From positions 9,523-73,522 of the forward strand of contig CAYHAM010000006.1 of assembly GCA_964354685.1 (NCBI GenBank): DNA of 64,000 bases, written 5' to 3'. The notes under the pieces were generated by a model. The model saw only the letters and a program-made list of their open reading frames with translations. It was not told where the DNA came from and ran no database searches. The DNA comes from an uncultured Methanosarcinales archaeon (GTDB lineage Archaea > Nanobdellota > Nanobdellia > Woesearchaeales > JAGVZT01). Within the stretch, counting starts at the first letter, position 1. Every line of letters starts with the position of its first letter. The translations under genes were made by a program, and so were the position numbers. Below are positions 9,742 through 18,376 of the stretch, piece after piece.

Positions 9742-11625
9742 TTATGACGCAACAGCCCCAAACACAACATATCCAGAGCAATTGCCTGCAACACCCAATG
9801 GAACACCCATCTTCCAGTACACTTCCTTTGTTGAATTAACACCATCCTGAGTTTTTTTAGCAAGATTAAATGTATCAACCTGCACAGCTGAGCTTGTGAG
9901 TTGACCCATTCCAGAGTAAGATACCCCAGAGCTCACGGAATATCTCTCTCTGTTTACTGAAATATTGCCTATTGTACAATTCATGCTCAAACCATCTCCC
10001 TTAAAAACAGCATACCCGTACAATGTTATATCAAGCTCCTTGTTACCAAGGTTTGTTACAGTTATGTTAACATCCTCTGTTGAATTGTCCCCTGCATTTA
10101 AACCAGAGTAGTTTATCTCATTTGGATACAAGGAAATGCCATACAACTCATTTATTGTTGTGCTTTTATTGTTTGAACCTACTAAGCTATTTACATCAAC
10201 TGCTGTCACATTACAAACCCATGAGGCATTATTTGCATAATACCAAACATCAAAAGAGCAAGAATAGTTGGCTTCATACGTGCCAGCATTAATCTGGCTA
10301 CAACTTATATTAGTATAATGATTGTTATTGTTGTCAGCACTATCAGACCAAATAGAATTGTCGTAAAAAGTTGAATTCACATTTGTTATTACGCTGATAC
10401 CATCTTGATGGCTCACAGTTGAATTGCAATAAACCTTTACACTTGAGCCCACATTCAACACAACTGGATCATCAACAACAACCTGGGTAACATTGGGATA
10501 ATAAACTTCAACAGTCAAATTATAGGTTGAGGAATTACCATCCCAACCATTTGAATCTGTACAGTTTATGCTCCATGTGTAATTACCATTACCAAAAACC
10601 CTTGAAAAGTTTTGAGTTATGTCCTCTTGTATTATTGTTTCAGATGCTCCATTCACAGAGCCATTAATAACAAGCGAACAACTGCTCACATTAGCCACAA
10701 AATCACTCACATTGTACTCCAAAACAACTGTTCGGGATGTGTTCCACTCACTATCATCACTTGGATTCTCTAAATTTATTACTGGAGGAGTTGTGTCAAC
10801 GTACAGTATCCTTATTTCAGAAGCATTCTCATTGTTGTTTGTTGAGTTATCTGTACAATTAATACTCCAATTGTATATATTGTCACCAATGTTTGTTATT
10901 GTAAAGTTTAAGGTAATACTTTCATTGATTGTTGAGTTAGTTTGATTAACATTACCATTTAATATCAAGCTACAGTTGCTAACATTATTCAGTGCATCAC
11001 TCACACTATAATAGAATGTCACATCACTTACCAAATTCCAATTGGCATTCTCTGGACCAACAAGATTTATTGATGGCCCTTGCAAATCTGAATAATTTAC
11101 CTCCAACCAAATCGTATCTATACTCGCAACCTCATTATCAGGTAATCCAACCTGCATCCCTTTCACACCAAGGTAAATCTTAGCTAACTCTTGCCAGCCA
11201 AGACTAGTTGTGATTTGATAATAATCATTCCTCAAACTAGCGCTTTGATTAGCAACACTAGAACCATTATAGGCGTTTCCATCAAGATTCTTCCATGTTG
11301 AGCCATTGTCTAAGCTATACTTCAATGTCAGCTCATCATTACCTATGACTGGATTAGAGAAGTTTGATCTCAGGGCAAGGTAAAGGTGGTGTATAGTTCC
11401 TGAACCAGGTAAATCAACAAAGTTGAAAGTATACAAACCATTACCATTGTCTGTTTCATCCCATGCAAGCATGTTATCAGGAGCCTCATCTGCTTCCTCA
11501 GGGCTGTTTGTCCAATTATCACCATAACTTCCAGAAGAAGCATAGTATTCTGAAACAGGTGCAATCACATCCTTCAAACTAATCAAAACTGCAATCAAAA
11601 TCAATATCACTAATACTTTTTTCAT
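9742..11625 (-). CDS. Secreted protein (627 aa): signal peptide, shared ~150-aa jelly-roll-like module, two Ig-like repeats, C-terminal two-domain unit homologous to the 324-aa protein at 29927-30901
   Basis: The ORF track starts at TTG 11640. ATG 11625 (MKKVLVILILIAVLISL) follows GAGGAG and the upstream stop. C-terminal motifs WYYANNASW.CNV, LSMNCTIGNI and YWK..(V/I)P are shared with 29927-30901. Confidence 0.9.
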   Translation of the reverse strand: MKKVLVILILIAVLISLKDVIAPVSEYYASSGSYGDNWTNSPEEADEAPDNMLAWDETDNGNGLYTFNFVDLPGSGTIHHLYLALRSNFSNPVIGNDELTLKYSLDNGSTWKNLDGNAYNGSSVANQSASLRNDYYQITTSLGWQELAKIYLGVKGMQVGLPDNEVASIDTIWLEVNYSDLQGPSINLVGPENANWNLVSDVTFYYSVSDALNNVSNCSLILNGNVNQTNSTINESITLNFTITNIGDNIYNWSINCTDNSTNNNENASEIRILYVDTTPPVINLENPSDDSEWNTSRTVVLEYNVSDFVANVSSCSLVINGSVNGASETIIQEDITQNFSRVFGNGNYTWSINCTDSNGWDGNSSTYNLTVEVYYPNVTQVVVDDPVVLNVGSSVKVYCNSTVSHQDGISVITNVNSTFYDNSIWSDSADNNNNHYTNISCSQINAGTYEANYSCSFDVWYYANNASWVCNVTAVDVNSLVGSNNKSTTINELYGISLYPNEINYSGLNAGDNSTEDVNITVTNLGNKELDITLYGYAVFKGDGLSMNCTIGNISVNRERYSVSSGVSYSGMGQLTSSAVQVDTFNLAKKTQDGVNSTKEVYWKMGVPLGVAGNCSGYVVFGAVAS

Positions 11626-11626
11626 T

Positions 11627-14608
11627 CTACTTCTCCTCAAACATCCTCAACGCCATCAATTTCTTATACACCTCTCCACAACTCTTGTAAACTTTGATCT
11701 TTAAATCCTTAGGTAGTTTTGAATAAACACTCTGCAACCTTTTGTAATCATCCATTGCTCCTTTTACATCATCATTCTTTATCTTTACCTCTACCTCTTT
11801 TACCAAACCATTGAATTCAATGAGATTCTTCTTAATTACATCCTCTTCTGTTTCTTTTCTTCCTTCCAATTTCTCGCTCTTCCCTTCACTCCCTTTTTTT
11901 CCTGTTTTCCCCTCTCTCCCCACAATTGTTGTGATTGTCTCTGATGTTGTGTCCTCCCCCTTTATCTTATCCATTGCCTCTATCTCACCCTTTGCAAGTT
12001 CATGCTTTTCCTTCCAAACATCCTCATCAACCCTCTTGTGATTGAACACTCCTCTAACAAATAAGAAATAATACAATATCAAAGCAACAATCAAGATTAG
12101 TCCAAGCATAATCATTATTGCCTCTGTTATTGAAAGCCCTAACTTCTCTGAAGATAACAAAGCAAAACCTGTAATTCCAATTCTATCTTTCAGCTCATCC
12201 TCTGGAATCTTACCTTCCAAGAACATGTTATAATCAAAGAGCACTAAAGTCCTTATCCTCTTTGCATTATCCAAGCCCGCATTTGAATTAATCACATACC
12301 ATATTCCTTCCCCAAACAAATCAGAAACTCTGAATCTTATTATAGGATCATTCTTGATTATGTTGTAATCACCATTCATAAATTCAATATCACTTGCAGA
12401 AGTTACAACTGCTTTCGGTATATACTCTACAACAACAATATTGTCATAACCAGACAACTCCTCATAACCCTTTTCTATCAAAATTGTCTTACTCTCTACA
12501 CTCTCATCTAAATAAGAAACCTCAACAATTCTAATCTCCTGTCCAATACTTATGTTACTAATCAGATTAGAATTGACCTCAATATACTCATTTCTCTGCT
12601 TTTCGCTATAGATTCCAAGAGGTAATTCGTTGATTATACTGACCATCTCTGTTCTATCAAAGATTTGTGTTGACTCTGACCTCTCTTTAACAACCAAATC
12701 AGCAGGTGTTGTTGTTTCTATTTGAGTTATTCTTGAGATTATCCTTGAGATTTTATTGTCAATCTCATTATCACTCAAATCAGAGTATCTCATTACCCTG
12801 AGCTCACCCACTAATAACTCAACCTCTTGCTTGCTCTGTTGCACTACATCCACCAAACCAAGCTTTGATATTGTGTCTTTCTCTAATTGATCCTTTCCAT
12901 TTAAATCAGATAGCACAAAATCTATATCCATATTCAATTTCTCAGCATCCCTTAACACACCATCAATTTTTTTAAGTGAATACTCTGAAATAAATATCTC
13001 TCTTATACTTCCATTACCAAGCTCAACAACACTTTGTTTTGCACTCTTATTGATTGTAATGTTCACCTCTGTTGAAAGAGCTCCTTCATTACCAGCAATA
13101 TCAACCGCACTAACCTTGTAGAAGTAATCGCTAACATTCTCATTGACCTCATCTGTGTAAGAGTTACCACTTACACTAACCAAGAAGTTAGCATAATTAA
13201 CATAAGGTTCCGCAGATCTATAAATATTGAAGTGGTCAACCTCTTCACCATCATAATACCATTTTAAACTAATCCTGCTTTTAGTCAACTTCTTGACATA
13301 CAAATCTTTTGGAGCTGGAGGAACAAGTGTGTCAACAATAAACAATCTACCATCTGTTATCTCTGTACCAACATTGCCCATAATATCCCTTGCCTCAAAC
13401 TCAAATGAACCAACAAGCTCATTAGACTTTTGAGTAACAATCATATAACCGCTCCACTCCTTACCAGAACCCTCGAGCGAAACCTCTTTTCTTCCATCAG
13501 TGTTATCAAACTTATAGTATAGCTTTGGAATTGGTTGTACCCTCTCAGATGTTTTCAATTTAACATTTATTATACCCTCCTTAATCCTCTCTTTATCAAC
13601 ATCAATCTCTATTGAAGCAGTTGGAGGCAAGTCTACTTCAAATTCAACCAAAGCCTTGCCAACATTGCCTGCACTGTCTTTACATTTAACATAAAACGTA
13701 TACACACCTTGATCTAAGCTTAGCTGTGTCTTATGAGTCAAAAGACTTCCACTCAAAGCCTCTGTCATGACCTCATAACCAATATCCTGCTTGTTAAATC
13801 TACAAACCACATTCTCATCTGTTGATATATTCAACATCACATCTTTTGAACTCACCACACCTTCTGGGGAGATTATTGTTAGGATAGGAACCTTTGTATC
13901 AACCACAAACTCAACCACTTCTGAATCTTCCATAACATTACTATAATGATCAACACATCTCACATAATAACTATAAACTCCATCAACAAGATTCAAAGAA
14001 TAGCTATGATATGTCTTGTTACCATCCATCTCATAGCCCATTGAATAATAATCAGTATCCAACACACTAAATCTACAATATGCATTCTCATCTGTTGTTA
14101 TTTCCAAACTAATGTTGTTTTTATTTATTGGACCAAAGGGTTTGCTTTCAATTATCTTGGGTGGTGCTGACCTTACAAACACCTTTGTGGAGCTATCATT
14201 CAGAGAGCTCTCACTAAAGTTATCTCCACTATAAACAACATAAACCAAATAGCTTCCCGCATTACCTTCATCACATCCAACAATCCAACTTGGTTCTACA
14301 GATGAATAACTCAAAGGTGCTATACTTCCTAAACCCACATCAACACCTGAAACATAAACCAAACCACTTTGATTAGCAGCAATGGTTGCAACAACATTAT
14401 TCAACGTGTAATTCTCCTTGTTGTATATCTCTCCAGCAGTTATCTGTGTGCTGTTAGGATAATTCCCACAAATATAAACCTCAGAAGGATACATGTTATC
14501 TGTTGAAATTATACTTGCATATGAATTTAGTAATATGAGTAAAATAGCTATCAACACAACTACTCCCTTCCTCTTTTCCAAAACCTCTCTCAAAATTGTG
14601 TTGTTCAT
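11627..14608 (-). CDS. Membrane-anchored surface protein (993 aa): signal anchor, Ig-like repeats, fibronectin type III-like domain, coiled coil, C-terminal TM helix and cytoplasmic helical tail
   Basis: ORF track. FN3-like LKW...VDHFNIYRS...YFYKVSAVDIAGNEGALS; TM AIMIMLGLILIVALILYYFLFV; ATGA overlap with the upstream RHH gene. Confidence 0.85.
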   Translation of the reverse strand: MNNTILREVLEKRKGVVVLIAILLILLNSYASIISTDNMYPSEVYICGNYPNSTQITAGEIYNKENYTLNNVVATIAANQSGLVYVSGVDVGLGSIAPLSYSSVEPSWIVGCDEGNAGSYLVYVVYSGDNFSESSLNDSSTKVFVRSAPPKIIESKPFGPINKNNISLEITTDENAYCRFSVLDTDYYSMGYEMDGNKTYHSYSLNLVDGVYSYYVRCVDHYSNVMEDSEVVEFVVDTKVPILTIISPEGVVSSKDVMLNISTDENVVCRFNKQDIGYEVMTEALSGSLLTHKTQLSLDQGVYTFYVKCKDSAGNVGKALVEFEVDLPPTASIEIDVDKERIKEGIINVKLKTSERVQPIPKLYYKFDNTDGRKEVSLEGSGKEWSGYMIVTQKSNELVGSFEFEARDIMGNVGTEITDGRLFIVDTLVPPAPKDLYVKKLTKSRISLKWYYDGEEVDHFNIYRSAEPYVNYANFLVSVSGNSYTDEVNENVSDYFYKVSAVDIAGNEGALSTEVNITINKSAKQSVVELGNGSIREIFISEYSLKKIDGVLRDAEKLNMDIDFVLSDLNGKDQLEKDTISKLGLVDVVQQSKQEVELLVGELRVMRYSDLSDNEIDNKISRIISRITQIETTTPADLVVKERSESTQIFDRTEMVSIINELPLGIYSEKQRNEYIEVNSNLISNISIGQEIRIVEVSYLDESVESKTILIEKGYEELSGYDNIVVVEYIPKAVVTSASDIEFMNGDYNIIKNDPIIRFRVSDLFGEGIWYVINSNAGLDNAKRIRTLVLFDYNMFLEGKIPEDELKDRIGITGFALLSSEKLGLSITEAIMIMLGLILIVALILYYFLFVRGVFNHKRVDEDVWKEKHELAKGEIEAMDKIKGEDTTSETITTIVGREGKTGKKGSEGKSEKLEGRKETEEDVIKKNLIEFNGLVKEVEVKIKNDDVKGAMDDYKRLQSVYSKLPKDLKIKVYKSCGEVYKKLMALRMFEEK

Positions 14609-14769
14609 TTTACCTTATCCAAAACCTTCTTGTCTTTTTCAAGAGCCTTTTCAATAGCCTTCTCCAAATACTCATTTAGGGTTAGACCCTTCAACACAGC
14701 AATAACCTTGGCTTTAGTATGAACATCATCCTTCAACGCTATGTTGACACGCTTTGCTCTCTTACTCAT
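14605..14769 (-). CDS. Ribbon-helix-helix DNA-binding protein 3 (54 aa)
   Basis: Hand translation MSKRAKRVNIALKDDVHTKAKVIAVLKGLTLNEYLEKAIEKALEKDKKVLDKVK shows the strand-helix-G-helix pattern. ATGA overlaps at both ends. Below the ORF-track size cutoff. Confidence 0.88.
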   Translation of the reverse strand: MSKRAKRVNIALKDDVHTKAKVIAVLKGLTLNEYLEKAIEKALEKDKKVLDKVK

Positions 14770-14921
14770 TTCACCAACTCCTTTAAAAGCCCCAAATCCT
14801 GCTTAACCTTATCCTCAATTGCCTGCTCAATATAATCCTGGATTGTTACACCTTTTAGGGTCGCCACTATCTTCAGCTGCTTATGAAGCTCCTCTTTCAT
14901 CCAGATATTTACCCGAGTCAT
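14766..14921 (-). CDS. Ribbon-helix-helix DNA-binding protein 2 (51 aa)
   Basis: Hand translation MTRVNIWMKEELHKQLKIVATLKGVTIQDYIEQAIEDKVKQDLGLLKELVK. ATGA overlaps at both ends; GGAGG upstream. Confidence 0.88.
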   Translation of the reverse strand: MTRVNIWMKEELHKQLKIVATLKGVTIQDYIEQAIEDKVKQDLGLLKELVK

Positions 14922-15085
14922 AGCTTGGCCTCCTTGATAAGATGCTTATCCTTCTCAACAGCCCTCTCAATAGCTTGCTCAAAATAATCATTCAAAGTGA
15001 TATTCTTAAGAACAGAAATAACCTTAGCTTTGGTGTGGGTTTCCTCTTTTAAGGCTAAATTGACCCTTTTTTTCTTTAATACCAT
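14918..15085 (-). CDS. Ribbon-helix-helix DNA-binding protein 1 (55 aa)
   Basis: Hand translation MVLKKKRVNLALKEETHTKAKVISVLKNITLNDYFEQAIERAVEKDKHLIKEAKL; about 60% identical to RHH3 by manual alignment. Confidence 0.88.
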   Translation of the reverse strand: MVLKKKRVNLALKEETHTKAKVISVLKNITLNDYFEQAIERAVEKDKHLIKEAKL

Positions 15086-15181
15086 ACATTATACCTTTTT
15101 TAATCAAAATCGAAGTTATATCTGCCTTTTTTTAACCACCACATACAACCCAACATCAAAAATAGCCCTTTTTAAAATTAA

Positions 15182-15230
15182 ATGATAAATATCATATAAA
15201 TATCTTTCTAATAAATATGACTTTTATCAT
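15182..15230. promoter_or_regulatory. BRE/TATA of the RHH operon flanked by two ATGA-N6-TCAT palindromic boxes
   Basis: Minus strand TAGAAAGATATTTATAT (15194-15210); ATGATAAATATCAT at 15182-15195 and ATGACTTTTATCAT at 15217-15230. Confidence 0.55.
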
Positions 15231-15284
15231 AAAATACTGCTTTAAGCAAAAACTTAATAAACAAAGCTCGCTTAGGGTGCTATA

Positions 15285-15584
15285 ATGAATCCTAAAAAGA
15301 AAAGCCAAACAAAGTTATCTAAAACAACTGGCATTATACTGCTTATACTCATTGCATCCTACATGCCGCTCCTTACAGGATGTTCTCAAGAGAAACACAT
15401 AACAATCCCAGCTGAGTGCGGAGCGATTATGGGATCACTCTTAAACAAGATTGAAACAGAAGAAGACTGCCGCGTGCAATGCAGAAACGAGTGCTTTGCA
15501 GTTGAATACGAGTTATCTAGAAGTGTTTTTGTGCAAAACAACGCAACAATGTGCAATTCTTGTGAATGTTATTGTAAAAAATAG
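15285..15584 (+). CDS. Small Cys-rich secreted/lipoprotein-like protein (99 aa)
   Basis: Hydrophobic leader ending LLTGC; C..QC...C and CNSCECYC motifs. Confidence 0.75.
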   Translation: MNPKKKSQTKLSKTTGIILLILIASYMPLLTGCSQEKHITIPAECGAIMGSLLNKIETEEDCRVQCRNECFAVEYELSRSVFVQNNATMCNSCECYCKK

Positions 15585-15665
15585 ATTTTCTTGACCAAAC
15601 AAAATTGTTAATTAAAGAAAAAATATAAAAAGACTAATTCCTTAGCAAAGTAGGGGGATTAAAAT

Positions 15666-16040
15666 ATGGCACAACAAAATCAAATATATAAATGCAGTAT
15701 TTGTGGAAACATAATTGAGGTACTGCATCCTGGAGCAGGAGAGCTTGTTTGTTGCGGAAAACCAATGGAATTACTTAAAGAAAAAACCAAGGATATTGGT
15801 CAAGAAAAGCATGTTCCGGTAATAGAAAAAACAAAAACAGGAATAAGAGTAAAGGTTGGTTCAGTTCCTCATCCAATGGAAGAGAAACATTACATTGAAT
15901 GGATAGAATTAATTGCAGATGGTGTTATTTACAGAAAATTCCTCAAGCCAGGACAAAAACCAGAAGCAGAATTCAACATAAAAGCAGAAAGAACTCAAGC
16001 AAGAGAGTACTGCAATATTCATGGATTGTGGGGATCTTAA
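15666..16040 (+). CDS. dfx: Desulfoferrodoxin (two-iron superoxide reductase)
   Basis: Desulforedoxin centre CSIC...VCCGKPM plus SOR ligands [16 protein letters not shown] and EYCNIHGLW; GGGGG ribosome-binding site. Confidence 0.97.
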   Translation: MAQQNQIYKCSICGNIIEVLHPGAGELVCCGKPMELLKEKTKDIGQEKHVPVIEKTKTGIRVKVGSVPHPMEEKHYIEWIELIADGVIYRKFLKPGQKPEAEFNIKAERTQAREYCNIHGLWGS

Positions 16041-16117
16041 AACAGAAAGTTTAAAAAAGTATATCTTAAATAATCTCTAAAAAAGGTGAGATCATAGAAA
16101 AACAACAACTTCTAAAG

Positions 16118-16324
16118 ATGCTGGAGACCAGCCTCTACTGGGAAGAGGAGTTCTTGATAAAATATGATACTGAAAACATGTGGGAGCTTCTTAAAACATT
16201 ACCAGAAGAAAAATTTGAGAAAATCAGAGAACTGTTTCAGGAGAACCTATCAGACACACAGAGACACTCTAAAATCCTTAAAGAACTAATGAAGAGAATT
16301 AGGAGTGATGAGTATGAGCTATGA
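16118..16324 (+). CDS. Short ferritin/rubrerythrin-like two-helix protein (half bundle)
   Basis: LYWEEEF...Y and SDTQRHSKIL resemble E..E / (D/E)..RH di-iron half-sites. The true start may be ATA 16094, just after GGTGA. Confidence 0.65.
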   Translation: MLETSLYWEEEFLIKYDTENMWELLKTLPEEKFEKIRELFQENLSDTQRHSKILKELMKRIRSDEYEL

Positions 16325-16511
16325 TGCTATAAACGACATGTTTAGAACTGTTCTTGAGCAAGAGGAGATGGTACTAAACCTATATTCAAAGATTGTGATG
16401 AAAGTTAAAAATCAGGAAGTTGTAACCTCACTTATGGAAATCATGAGAGATGAAGCTAGACACATAGAAAATGCAAAAAAGATTCTGGAGATATTAGTAG
16501 AAAGTGTGTAA
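16305..16511 (+). CDS. Short ferritin/rubrerythrin-like two-helix protein (half bundle)
   Basis: LEQEEMVLNLY...EIMRDEARHIE is a rubrerythrin-like half motif. Likely start ATG 16314, after GGAGTGA. Confidence 0.75.
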   Translation: MMSMSYDAINDMFRTVLEQEEMVLNLYSKIVMKVKNQEVVTSLMEIMRDEARHIENAKKILEILVESV

Positions 16512-16513
16512 TC

Positions 16514-18376
16514 CTATTTACCAACCCCTTCATCAATCCTTTTCTTGATATTTGAAACCCTCTCAACAATCTTGTGCTTTCTTGCAAGATAACCAACCAG
16601 CAGCTTTAGCTCTTCATCAATCTCTTGAAGCACCTTATCCTCACCAACCATTGATTTGTAATCTTCCCTTTCTCTAAGATTAGAGATTCCCACAATAAGC
16701 TCTTGCTCAATATCATACAAGCGTTGCTTTGTCTCTCTATTAGTTTGTAGTTTCCTAACATTGTTGTATAATCCAATAAGCTCTGGGAAGCTTTTAAGCA
16801 GATCGCTATTTGCCTTAGACAATTCATATATTCTCATAACCAACTTATCTTCAATCTTCTCTATAAGCTTACCCTCTACACTAGTGAGCTCTTTGAGTTG
16901 TTCTAAGTGAGTACCCAAAAGCTGTTTAATCTTCTTTCTCTTTCTCTCCTCATCATACCTTGTTAGATACAAGTAGAATGTGTAGAACACTATAAGTAAA
17001 ATTATTAATATAATTGCAGTTATTATCAAAGCAATTAAAATGTGCGGCCAACACCACCACAGCCAATAGCAATATGCAGCCAAGATTATTATTGTCAAAA
17101 CAATTAAAGAGTAAATCAAATACACTCTACGCATAATATTCTCATAATCCTCAACATTTATCCTCTTTTTGTATTTTAAAAAATACATAACAATATTGGT
17201 TATTATCATAACAACCGTCAAAGCAATTATTACAACCAATAATATCCACCATGGAAACAAGCCAAACTCTCTACAATCTTTTGGACAATCACAATTCTCA
17301 CCAGCATCGCAAACACCATCCCCACAAACAGGCTTTGGAACCTCCTCAAAAGGCAGCTTTGCATAAGCCTCTGCTTCAACAAATATCCTACAGGGTGGAC
17401 AAGGCCCACCGCAGTCTATACCTTCCTCACCTTGGTTTTGAATACCATCATGGCAAGTACCAGGTGGGATACAACTCTTTATTGTTACAGGCTTTTTCTT
17501 CTCTGTGCCGCAATTGTTTTTGTCATAGCATGTTCTTACTTGCGTTCCATTTTGGAAGCACTCTGACCACTCAGTGCAAACCCAGTCCTCCTTGCAAACA
17601 ACCTCTTCAACTTTTATTTCCTTTGCTCCTCCACCTCCTCCACCACCCCCAACAGCTCCCCCTGTAGGGCATGAGCCACAATCTTCAGAGCAAGTGGTAC
17701 AGCTCTCATAAATACTACAAAACATATCACCACAATAACCAGCCAGTATATCAAATCCAACTACTTGAGAAACACTAAAAAATCCATCGCTTACAGAAAT
17801 AGTGACAGAATAATTACCATCCTCACCTGTCGAAGGTGTAAAATTAATAAAACCTGTTAGCAAATTTATTTCAAACAAGCTGGTGTTATCATAATAATAT
17901 AAAGTGTCATTGTCCGGATCTGTTGCAGTAACGTTGTATTGGAATGGAACACCCACTACCAATGTTTGATTAGATATTGGCAACATTGAAGGAGGATAAT
18001 TCTCCCTTAAATCAACCCTTGAAAATCTCCCAGAAACCCAGCTATAATTACCAGAAGCTGATGCAGATCTGTTGTTTATTCTAAATGTTATATTCTCATC
18101 ACTCAAAGCCCCCTCATCCTCTGTTGTGTTTATATCATCACCATCACAACTCAACAAACCATAATAACCTTCTATACCAATAAAAAACATTCCGCAAAGA
18201 GTGCCATTTACATCATAAGCTGTTATGTTGGTGTTTACTGGTGCAGCTGTGCCATTAAATGTAACATTACCATAAAACTCTGCTGCTGGTGGAGGAATAC
18301 CAACTACAAAATCTGCTATAGTAAGCGCTAACAAAAACACCAAGATCAATAAAAAAATCTTTTTATAGATCATCAA
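16514..18376 (-). CDS. Cys-rich membrane protein (620 aa): N-terminal P..AEFYG domain, cadherin/He_PIG-like Ig domain, poly-Gly linker, Cys-rich repeats, three TM helices, cytoplasmic helical tail
   Basis: ORF track. CKEDWVCTEWSEC, CHDGIQNQGEEGIDCGGPCPPC and CGDGVC motifs; three hydrophobic segments. Confidence 0.85.
   Translation of the reverse strand: MMIYKKIFLLILVFLLALTIADFVVGIPPPAAEFYGNVTFNGTAAPVNTNITAYDVNGTLCGMFFIGIEGYYGLLSCDGDDINTTEDEGALSDENITFRINNRSASASGNYSWVSGRFSRVDLRENYPPSMLPISNQTLVVGVPFQYNVTATDPDNDTLYYYDNTSLFEINLLTGFINFTPSTGEDGNYSVTISVSDGFFSVSQVVGFDILAGYCGDMFCSIYESCTTCSEDCGSCPTGGAVGGGGGGGGAKEIKVEEVVCKEDWVCTEWSECFQNGTQVRTCYDKNNCGTEKKKPVTIKSCIPPGTCHDGIQNQGEEGIDCGGPCPPCRIFVEAEAYAKLPFEEVPKPVCGDGVCDAGENCDCPKDCREFGLFPWWILLVVIIALTVVMIITNIVMYFLKYKKRINVEDYENIMRRVYLIYSLIVLTIIILAAYCYWLWWCWPHILIALIITAIILIILLIVFYTFYLYLTRYDEERKRKKIKQLLGTHLEQLKELTSVEGKLIEKIEDKLVMRIYELSKANSDLLKSFPELIGLYNNVRKLQTNRETKQRLYDIEQELIVGISNLREREDYKSMVGEDKVLQEIDEELKLLVGYLARKHKIVERVSNIKKRIDEGVGK

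Noticed and set aside
9727-9744. Giant 1 is in frame with the 627-aa gene, directly after its TAA, suggesting read-through fusion
   Set aside because: The 627-aa protein ends at the same terminal strand as its 324-aa paralog. Giant 1 starts with a cytoplasmic domain plus TM helix, so a fusion is topologically implausible.
15285-15330. KKSQ as a class III (type IV pilin) signal peptide
   Set aside because: The hydrophobic stretch does not follow the Q directly (TKLSKTT intervenes), and a lipobox-like LLTGC fits better. No type IV pilus genes are in the window.
17630-17665. Poly-Gly tract in the 620-aa protein as a contingency locus
   Set aside because: Mixed Gly codons with no long homopolymer; it reads as an ordinary linker.
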